Positions 44,865 through 53,803 of a DNA stretch of 64,000 nucleotides are shown here, in pieces. Position 1 is the first letter of the stretch; every line of letters begins with the position of its first letter. Position numbers and translations under genes: made by a program. The notes beneath the pieces were generated by a model that did not search any database, had not been told where the DNA came from, and saw nothing but the letters and a program-made list of their open reading frames with translations. Source of the stretch: Caecitellus pseudoparvulus (Eukaryota; Protista; Bigyra: Bicosoecida); the NCBI GenBank assembly GCA_965644315.1, contig CBFFRQ010000035.1, forward strand, positions 49,277 to 113,276. Reading direction: 5' to 3'.

Positions 44865-46882
44865 TCAGCCTGAAACGCAGAAGAAGTTGCCGTCACTTCC
44901 CGCTAGAAATTCACGTATGTAAAGCATTTCCAGAAGCGGCTGGCCCAGAAACAGGGACAGCCACACGACAAAGTTCCCCCGCCGCGTGCCGCGCAAGCCC
45001 TGTGACACGGCGATGAGCGGAATCTGCAGCAGCATGCCGCCGAAGAACCACACGCGGAGAGTCTTGAATGCGACACTGAAGACGACTTCGTGCAGCAGCG
45101 CGGAGAGGAAGAAGGTGCCGAACAGTGCCACTTGCTTGGGCACGTTGCCGTATCGGACCAGGTCAATGTAGGTGTGCCGCAGACACCACTCATGTACTGG
45201 CTGGTTCCACTCGCTCCAGAACCGTGCGACGGTGGACGCGTTGTACCAGGCCTTGTAGAAGCGCCGGTCTCCAAAGCGGGTCAGCTCCCCGACGATGTTG
45301 AGCCAGGAGTGGAAGATGCTCCAGAACCCCGCCAACCACAGTGCCATGCTGGGCACCGCCAGCTTCATGAGGTCCAGGACCAGGGAGCGCCCCTCAGGCG
45401 GCGCCGCCAGCACTGGCAGCAGGAACTGCGTGAAGAGGAAGTACTGTAGGGCCAGGCAAACGCACATTGCAGCGGCGTGGCCGAAGATGACCCGCCGGCG
45501 AATGCGCCGGGTGCGCGGGTACGCCGGCTCGTACACGAGAGTGGGCGCTGCGAGGAAGTAGAGAAAGTTCCCCAGCGTGACGTTGGCGGGGAAGCGCCTG
45601 ACATGGCCTTGACGCCGCTTGCGCCCCTCCCCCCGTGGGTGGGGAGCCAGCTCGCTTCCATCCACGCTCGCGGCGCTGTATGGCTGCAGGTGGTCTGGGG
45701 GGGGTGGCACACTGCCCAGGGCAGGGGAGGTGGGGATGGACTTCACAGTCCCTGTCGCGGCGTCGGTGGCCGTGGCTGGGGCGGGGGCAGTGTCTGCGCC
45801 TGACCCCGCGCGGCCGGCTCGGCGTCTGCGACGAGCTGCAGCTCGCAGCGACCCCCCCGGCGGCAAGGGCAGGGGAGCAGGCGGGCCTGATGCGGCATCA
45901 CACTCATCGTCGGAGTCCACGTGGCCTGTGGTGGCTGCCGTGCCCTCGTCCTCTGACTCGGCCTGGGAGCTGTCGGTGTGAGCCAGAGCAGCCTCGGACG
46001 CCATGGCGAGGTTGGTGGCGACGTAGGAATGCAGCTTCAGGCAGAGGACGATGGCCACCATGACAGCCATGGCCGATGGGAGGGGGCCGGTGGGGCTGTT
46101 GTACAGCACAGCGATGGGCACCCCCAGCACGATGCACTGCACCAGAGCGTAGAGCAGCAGATACCCTGCACGCGAGAGCTGCCCCTTGACGTGGCCCCGC
46201 AGCGCAGCGAAGACGAGCAGGGACACTGCCAGGCAGAAGGCGATGAGGGCAGTCACCAGCGCTGCGTCCCGTGCTTGCTCTGGGCAGGTAAAGTGGTCCA
46301 GACTCATGCCGAGCCCCTTCTCAGACCTGTGCAGGCGTTGGCGTGGTGTGCGGCAGCGCCAGGCCACCCTGGCAGCCAGCAGCACGTACACGTTGCGCAG
46401 GACCATGTAAACGAGGGAAAACCCGAGTAGCAACATGCTCAAGTTGTAGAATCCGCTGCGTTCGCAAGGGATTCACGAGGTGGGCGTGCATGAGCAGCCG
46501 TGGGATGCGGAATTTTGCAGCGCACAAGCGCCACACACGAGTAGTCATCCAGCTTCAGCGCATCCAGGATCTCGTTGGCAGAGCGGGACTCAAGACCATC
46601 CAGCAGGGCTCGGCGTTTCGTGGGCATGTGGGGGTAGAAGCTGGGCCGCGTCTTTGCCCGTGACTCCTGGTCGGTGTCCGAAGCTGAAGCGGTGGAAGAT
46701 GCTCGCTGCAGCGACACGCTGCCCAAGCCTTGCTCCACACCCGGCAGCCCTGGCGTGGTGTCGGGCACAGTGGGCGGTAGTTGACGCAACTCCTGCACCA
46801 CTGACGCCAACTGCTGCGCGATGCCCGCCAGCTGCTGCTCACGCGCCGCAAGGGCTTGGGCAGCTGCCATGCTGCCTGCCAT
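44865..46882 (-). CDS. DGAT1: MBOAT acyltransferase, DGAT1/sterol O-acyltransferase type
   Basis: Spliced S-GFYNLSML, LKLHSY, FLAAPTLVYEPAYPRT, FHSWLN...ELTRFGDRRFYKAWYNA, WNQPVHEW..RH and catalytic SALLHE. DGAT1 versus ACAT specificity cannot be settled by eye. Confidence 0.9.
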
Positions 46883-47254
46883 GACGACTGCCTCGCCAGA
46901 TGCGACACAAGCTGAGTCGCCAAGGTGGAACAACTGACAAAGCGTGGGGAGTGGCAGAGTGCCTGAATTCATGTGGCAGTCGTTGGCAGTGGGAAAGTGT
47001 GTGGACGACGCGTCGCTGCGGAGCCAGGCAGGCCGGAAGTGAGCGCCAACCCGCCGAAGCCACGAATCAAGCCACTGGCGCCCCGCGGTGCAAGGCGGGG
47101 AAGGGGGGGGCAAACATCCCCTTGCAACAAGGCAGGCCCCGCCAGGGCCTTCACAAGCTACTTTTCACTCCTCTGACCCCCTCCCTCACGCCTTCGCACC
47201 TTCGCGTCAAGCCCTTCGGCGTTGTCCCCGCGCTCTCTCCGCGAATTCCGCACC
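46883..47254. promoter_or_regulatory. Probable bidirectional promoter DGAT1 <-> NADP-IDH
   Basis: 372 nt between the divergent ATGs, with pyrimidine-rich tracts and GAATTCCGCA just before the IDH ATG. Confidence 0.5.
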
Positions 47255-48918
47255 ATGGCTGCTGAGGCGTCCGCTGCTGCCGGTGGCTTCACCAAGATCA
47301 AGGTGGAGAACCCCGTCGTGGACATTCTCGGCGATGAGATGACCCGCATCATCTGGGATGTACGTTCCGCCCCCCCGCCGCTGCTCCTTGCCCCCGTGCA
47401 GTGTCAGCCAGCCAGCCGCAGCGGGAAGGCGTGTCATGCCCACCCGGCGCGACAGCTTCACCCCACAGCGCGCTGCACTGCCGGCCGCCACGTCCTGTGT
47501 TGTGTTGTGGGGTGTCTGTTGCGCTGCGCGCTGGTGCTGCCCTGCGCGGCCACGTGAGGCGACACGCGCACTTGCCTGGTGCACGTGGTGTTGATGCCGC
47601 CCCGCCTGCGCAGCTGATCAAGGAGAAGCTCATCTTCCCCTACCTGGACCTGGACCTGAAGGTCTTCGACTGGTCCATGGAGAACCGAGATGCCACGGAC
47701 GACCAGGTGACTCACGACGCCGCCGCCGCCATCGCCAAGTACAACGTTGGCATCAAGTGCGCCACCATCACGCCTGACGAGGCGCGTGTGGAGGAGTTTG
47801 GGCTGAAGAAGATGTGGAAGAGCCCCAACGGCACCCTGCGCAACATCCTGGGCGGCACTGTCTTCCGTGAGCCCATCGTCATCGACAACGTGCCCCGCCT
47901 GGTGCCGGGCTGGAAGAAGAGCATTGTCATTGGCCGCCACGCCTTCGGCGACCAGTACAAGGTGCGACGGCGCGTGCGACCAGCGCACTCCACACGCCAG
48001 GCATGTAACCACTTCCTTGTCCCCTGCGCAGGCCACGGACTCCGTCGTGAAGGGCGCTGGCAAGCTGCAGCTGGTGTTCAAGCCTGCCGACGGCAGTGAG
48101 CCCATCGTGCAGGATGTGTACGACTTCACTGGGGAGGGCGGCGTGTCCATGGCCATGTACAACACCGACGAGAGCATCCGTGGCTTCGCTGACTCTTGCC
48201 TCGCCTACGCCCTGGCTCGGTGAGTGTGGGCAGAGGCGGTGGCGGGCCAGGCGGCGCCTCACCCGCACCCTCCCGCTTGCTGCGCAGCAAGATGCCCCTG
48301 TACCTGTCCACCAAGAACACCATCCTGAAGGCGTACGACGGCCGCTTCAAGGACATCTTCGCAGAGGTGTACGAGGCGAAGTACAAGGCTGAGTACGAGG
48401 CAGCCGGCATCTGGTACGAGCACCGGCTCATCGACGACATGGTGGCGTACGCCCTCAAGAGCGAGGGGGGCTTCGTGTGGGCCGCCAAGAACTACGACGG
48501 TGACGTGCAGAGCGACACCCTGGCGCAGGGCTTCGGCTCCCTGGGCCTCATGACCTCTGTCCTCATGTGCCCCGACGGCAAGACGGTGGAGGCGGAGGCC
48601 GCCCACGGCACCGTCACGCGCCACTACCGCGTGCACCAGAAGGGCGGCGAGACCAGCACCAACTCCATCGCCAGCATCTACGCCTGGACGCGGGGCCTGG
48701 CCCACCGCGCCAAGCTGGACGGCAACGCCGCGCTGGCCGACTTTAGCGCCTCCCTTGAGGCAGCCGTCATCGCCACTGTGGAGAGCGGAAAGATGACCAA
48801 GGACCTCGCCATCTGCGTGCACGGCAAGGAGGAAGGCGTCAAGCGCGAGAACTGGCTGAACACCTTCGAGTTCCTGGACGCTGTCGCAGAGAACTTGGAG
48901 AAGGCGCTCAAGGCTTGA
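47255..48918 (+). CDS. IDH: NADP-dependent isocitrate dehydrogenase; 4 exons
   Basis: [73 protein letters not shown] and [12 protein letters not shown]. No obvious presequence, so probably cytosolic. Confidence 0.97.
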
Positions 48919-49537
48919 GGCGGCACGCCCCCCTCCCCGCGGCCCACACACACCGTTGGCCGCCGCGAAATGCAGAGGCTTGTCCCACTTCCGCCTGTGC
49001 GCCCCAGACTCACTCGGGCGTCAAGAAAGTGCTGTGCTGTGAGCTGTCGCGCAGCTGAGCAGGTGCAGAGCTGTGGCAGCCTGCACAGTGCAGCGAGCAA
49101 CGCCTGACTTGGGGGGGGCTGCTGGTGAGGTTGGTCAGCACGCTAAGCTGCAGGAAGTGGTACCCAGCAGTTGGGCTGGTGTGATTTCACACATGCCAAT
49201 GGCACGTGCACTGGAGGTCAAATACTCTGTGCCCCCGCCCCGTACATCCCTGGCGCGCCTGCCCTCTCAACAAGTTCGCGCACCAAACACATTCCCACCA
49301 GCGGATAAGCGCTGCACATCTGACACTCCGACCCTGGATATGCCCTTGCGTGGTACTGGCAGGTGCAGGTGAAGAGACGAAGCCAGCCCGGGAGAGCGAC
49401 GCAGTCTGCTCTGCGCACGCCGCTGTAGCTGAGGACAGGTCAAGGCCGCACATAGGTGCTGTTCTGCAGGCTTAAGATTGAAGCTGCATAGCCTGTCGTT
49501 TGGTCCGTGTGTCGATTGACGCTCTGCCCCAAGTGCC

Positions 49538-51004
49538 ATGTCTCAGCCGAGTTTGGGGGGCGCGTCAAGTGCCGCCACCTTCACGGACTTGGGCGCTGGC
49601 GTACACATGCGGGGCGTGCTGATGGTGAACCGGCCCATGCATGGAGCTGCTTGTGAGTGTCCTGTGTGCTGGCTGTTGGCGTGCGCGTTTGGAAGGCTCC
49701 CAGCGCCGGGACAGGCGGCTTGTGCCAGGCGACGTTTCCCGTCGCTGCGACACACGCCACGCTCTGCATGCGCCCCAACTGCTGCGCTACACGGCCCCAC
49801 CCCCGCGCCCCATGCAGCCAAGGTAGCCTCTGCGGGTGGAAACCCGAAGAAGCAAGGCCAGCCGGGCTCCACACCCTTCATGAACGGAGCCGGGCTGCCT
49901 CGGGAAGTGGTGCACCCCAACGGAAGGGACCCGAAGCACGAGAAACGCATGACGCTGCTGCGCCTGCAGCGCAAGCGCAAAACCACCATCACAGACAAGC
50001 ACAAGCAGTTCCTGGCCGAGTTGCAGGCTGAGCGCAGCCGCCTGCTGGGGGAGCGTGCGCGCATGGAGGAGAAACGCGCGAAACGCAGCGCCAAGTTTGC
50101 TGCCCGGCAAGCAGAGTTTAGGAGGGCTGTCACGGAGGGTGAATTCGAAGGAGAAGGGGGGCAGGAGACCGATAGTGCAGTGGGTGCAGCCAAGTCGGCA
50201 GCAGCTGCGCCAGCCTCGTTGGAGGGCAAGGGGGGTGCTCGCAAAAGCTCCAAGGGCGCCAAGCCGGCGTGGGCGCTGAGCGCAGCCGAGGCAGAAGCCA
50301 AGGAGGACGAGGAGGCGGAAGACCTCATGGCATTCGTGGACGGGTTGGACCTGGACAGCTTCATGGAGGAGGCAGACGAGAAGTCTGCCGCGGCTGGCGT
50401 GGACGCGCGGCTGTCTGAGCTGGAGTCAGAGGTGAAGTCTGCGTCAGCTGCACTGCACCAGGCGGAAGCGTTGTGGGAAGAGGAGGAGGTGGATGTGCCG
50501 GAGCATGCAGAGGCAGGTCCGGGATGGGAGTGGGTGGGAGAGGCGGAGGTCATTTCGGAGGGGGGTGCCCCGCCAGGGGGCGAGGGGGGTGAGGGCAAGG
50601 AGGAGGGGGGGGTGCGCATGGTGCGGCGTGTGCGGCGGCGCCTGCGACGAACAGACGCCGAGCGCGCCGAGCGGCAGCGCCTGCAGGCTGGGCTGGCAGA
50701 AGCGCCACCTGCGGGAGGTGGGGAGGTGGCAGAGAGTGTCATGTCCCACGCCAGCATCCGCTCCGTGCACAGCAAGCAGTCTGTGCAGCACTTGATCCAG
50801 CGCGAGAAGGCGGAGAGGGCTGCCGCCAACGCGGGCATGCCCGTGGTGGCAGAGGAGGCTGCGGGAGGAGTCTTCTCTAGGTCCAGACAAGCTGCTGCGG
50901 GGCCGCGCATCGCCCACGTGCTGGAAACTGCCGACACGCGGCCTGCTAGAAAGGAGGTGGACGTCAACACTCTCCCGTATCGACACCTGCACCCCGCTGT
51001 GTGA
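49538..51004 (+). CDS. Uncharacterised coiled-coil protein; probable in-frame intron ~49653-49817
   Basis: Long ORF with coiled coils and conserved-looking blocks KPAWAL, EDLMAFVDGLDLDSF, SIRSVHSKQS and C-terminal NTLPYRHLHPAV. Confidence 0.75.
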   Translation: MSQPSLGGASSAATFTDLGAGVHMRGVLMVNRPMHGAACECPVCWLLACAFGRLPAPGQAACARRRFPSLRHTPRSACAPTAALHGPTPAPHAAKVASAGGNPKKQGQPGSTPFMNGAGLPREVVHPNGRDPKHEKRMTLLRLQRKRKTTITDKHKQFLAELQAERSRLLGERARMEEKRAKRSAKFAARQAEFRRAVTEGEFEGEGGQETDSAVGAAKSAAAAPASLEGKGGARKSSKGAKPAWALSAAEAEAKEDEEAEDLMAFVDGLDLDSFMEEADEKSAAAGVDARLSELESEVKSASAALHQAEALWEEEEVDVPEHAEAGPGWEWVGEAEVISEGGAPPGGEGGEGKEEGGVRMVRRVRRRLRRTDAERAERQRLQAGLAEAPPAGGGEVAESVMSHASIRSVHSKQSVQHLIQREKAERAAANAGMPVVAEEAAGGVFSRSRQAAAGPRIAHVLETADTRPARKEVDVNTLPYRHLHPAV

Positions 51005-51163
51005 GGGTGCGCAATGCATTGTTGCTTGGAGTCCAAAACGGGTGAAATCATGCCTTACTGGGATTTCTTGCGGCCAGTTGCTTGGCCTGCTCACGCACGG
51101 AACGGTCCGTAAAGCTTGCGCTGGGTTTGTGTTGTGGTGTTTCGCTGCCGTTTCGTATCAGGC

Positions 51164-51802
51164 ATGTGGAGGCATCATCTGCCTTGGGTGGCGCCTTGCT
51201 TGCTGGCCGCTGGCATCTACTTCACCCTGTCCCAGCGGGCGTTGGAGTTCTTCGGGTTCCGGGTGCAGCTGTTCCTTGTGCATGTCCTATGCATGGGTTT
51301 GGCCGGAGTGGTGCTGCTGCCCACCACGACAGCATGCATTGCTATGCGGGGGCGCGCCCCAGCAGCACTGCGAAAAGTGCTCGCGGTGTCACATGGCGTG
51401 ACCAATATCGCCCTTGTGGCGGTGTCTGCCGTGGGCTTCTGGGCCATCTTCCAGAACAAGAACTTGCATGGCAAGGCACACTTCACCAGCTGGCACTCCT
51501 GGGCTGGCCTGGCCACCCTGGCGCTGTGGCTCATGAATTTGGCCTTGGGCCTGCAGCGCTTGGTGGCCCTTGGCTCCTGGCAGTGGCGCCACGTGCTGCA
51601 TCGCCTGGTGGGCACCCTCGCAGGCACCATCAGCCTGGGAGCAGTGGTCACGGGCATCTGGTCACAGTGGGGCCAGGCAGCGCTGGGCGCGCACTTGCAG
51701 TGGATCCTCACGGCCCTGATTGGGTTGGTGGCATCTTTGGCGCAGGGCACATCCCTGTGGCCCTCAGCGAAAGCGAAGCACGGGACTACGAAAGGCGACT
51801 GA
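51164..51802 (+). CDS. Eukaryotic cytochrome b561 (CYB561D-like)
   Basis: Six hydrophobic helices. Four haem-ligand His in HVLCM, HGVTN, HFTSWHSWAG and HRLVG; motif NK...GKAHFTSWH. Confidence 0.9.
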   Translation: MWRHHLPWVAPCLLAAGIYFTLSQRALEFFGFRVQLFLVHVLCMGLAGVVLLPTTTACIAMRGRAPAALRKVLAVSHGVTNIALVAVSAVGFWAIFQNKNLHGKAHFTSWHSWAGLATLALWLMNLALGLQRLVALGSWQWRHVLHRLVGTLAGTISLGAVVTGIWSQWGQAALGAHLQWILTALIGLVASLAQGTSLWPSAKAKHGTTKGD

Positions 51803-51843
51803 ACAGGTCCACTTGATTCTCAAAACGCCGCGACACACGAGGC

Positions 51844-52877
51844 ATGTGGGGCAGATTGAGTCGTGCTGACCATGTGCAGGTATGGCGGCTTGGCAACCTT
51901 GTCGCTTGCAATGTCGCTGTCTTGTGCGTGCTGTGCGGGGGAGGGCTTGACCCGCCGGACAGCCTCCCTAACACAGCGCGGAAACCAACTCCACCAACCA
52001 CCTCACGCCTGCCGAAGCGTGAACCCGTCAGGATTTAGGGACATTCGCAACTTGTGCAGCAGTTACATAGTACAATTCATCACAGGCGGCATGTTTGTGA
52101 GTACCAACGCACAACCCGCTCCTTCAAAAGCCGCAAAGCTGGTCCACCTACCGAGCGCCCCGTCAAAGCGCAGCTGATGTACTTTGCCCTGGCCTTGTTC
52201 AGCAGGGCCTATCCATTCTTGATTCAGAGCTGCATTGGGGCGCTGATGAGTGCTGAAGCGTACTGTGCAGTGGCAGGACGAGGAGCTGGCGCCGGCCAAA
52301 CTCTTCGCTTGGTGAGCTCGCGACATGCAGCACCTGCGCACACTGTGCGCATTCACCACCGTGCCACATCTGCTCCGGGCGTATTCCGTTCTGCAGTATG
52401 CAGCAGTGGAGGCAGTGTCTGCCGCAATCAGGTGCGGCTGCCACGCCCAAGGCCAGCAACGCTGCTGGGTCTTCGCTCGTCAAGTTCGCCGCACAGTGCC
52501 GGCCCCGCCCCCCACAGCGCAACCTGGAGCATTTTCATATTTTCAGGGACGCACTTTGAGTGCTACATGGCCAGCAGCCCGGCGACCTGCCACTCTGTGC
52601 AGAGCGTTTGGTGCGTGTGCAAATTGTAGCCATGCCGCCCTTTCGCCTGCCACTCAGCACAACAGAGCAGCGTAACACTCCCAAACCCCCTTGCAGGGCT
52701 GGCATCATGACAGTGTTCACTTTTGCTGAGGCTGGCGTGGCAGTCATCAGCTTCTTCGCGGCGGGCAACGTGCTGTCGCGGTCGCCAGGGCACGCACGGA
52801 CTAAACACCGAGACCCCCAAATCACCGACCCCGGCATCCCACCAGGAGGAGTGGGCATACCTTTTGCTGGAACGTAG
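51844..52877 (+). CDS. Unrecognised ~4-TM membrane protein, paralogue A; 6 exons
   Basis: Exons 51844-51923, 52063-52096, 52174-52311, 52397-52431, 52518-52610 and 52697-52877, all GT-AG and phase-consistent. Aligns to the downstream gene. Exon 1 is least certain. Confidence 0.65.
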
Positions 52878-52943
52878 CCCCTCCATTCCCACCCCTTCCA
52901 GGGCTGGCGGTGGTGGCGCCTCTCCAGACGCTCAGCCTCAGAC

Positions 52944-53763
52944 ATGGCACCAGCCCTGCCAGCCACCCAACAGTCCTGCTGCCGGGTCAGCCAGTGCTGC
53001 CCTTGTGCGCCTCAGCAGCGCCGGTGCAGCTTCTTTCGCTGTGCCGGGTGCGAACGTGGAGCCCACCTGCAGTGCTACGTCTGTGGTCGGGAGCTCTCCA
53101 GTGACGCCATCACAGAGCGTGTGGCGAAGTCTGTTGCAGCACTTTCAGCGGTGAGTGAAACGCCTGTGAAACGGTGCCCCGCCGTGCCACGTCCTTCCAT
53201 GCCCCCTGACAGCTGGCATACTTGGCGCTGTTGGTGTTTGGGCGCTCCTACGTTGAGGCCATTCACTCTGGCCTGGGCATTTGTGAGTGCTGCCCCTGCC
53301 CACGCTCCTCCTCTGCCGCAGCAAGCCGACTGCCTCCGTCACAGTGGCGAGCTTGGAAGCCTTCAATGGAGCTGAGCGCAGCGATCGCCGGCCCCTGCAA
53401 GCATTCTACATCTATGAAGGCTTAGCTGGCATGTACTCTATCTTGGTTGGGACGGCCCTGCTGAATGGCACGCGCTTTGAGTGCTTCTTGAGGGAGTCCC
53501 CGCAGACGTGCGAAAGCACGCAGTTTGTGCTGGGCACCGTGCTGGTCGTGTACAGCGCAGGGGAGTTCGCAGCAGGGTCTGTCGTCTTTGTGGCGTGGCT
53601 CAACATGCAGGGAAGGCGGCAGCGCAGCGAAGCCCTGCCGTCACCCCACACTGCCGGGGGCGGCATGCTGCGGCTGGACATGCCTTCCACCACGGCGCGT
53701 GCGCAGCCTGAACGGGTGCCCCGCTTTGCCTCTCCACCAAGGCGGGCCATGCACCGTGTGTAG
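52944..53763 (+). CDS. Unrecognised multi-TM membrane protein, paralogue B, Cys-rich N-terminus; 3 exons
   Basis: Exons 52944-53150, 53213-53282 and 53345-53763 are phase-consistent (231 aa). Shares L.Y.AL..F.R.Y...I.S..G and GT.FEC....SP.TC.S.Q with paralogue A. Confidence 0.7.
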
Positions 53764-53803
53764 GCCCATGCATTCTGCTGAGAGGGGGGGGGGGAGGGGG
53801 GCT

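Noticed and set aside
48919-49537. 620-nt gap after IDH with several short ORFs
   Set aside because: No recognisable motif, consistent splice model or RNA structure; left unannotated.
49543-51051. Long antisense or alternate-frame ORFs (also 16626..18272, 32584..34605, 53525..55321, 58060..59481, 10802..11911)
   Set aside because: They shadow better-supported genes. High GC suppresses stops, and the translations have no recognisable motifs.
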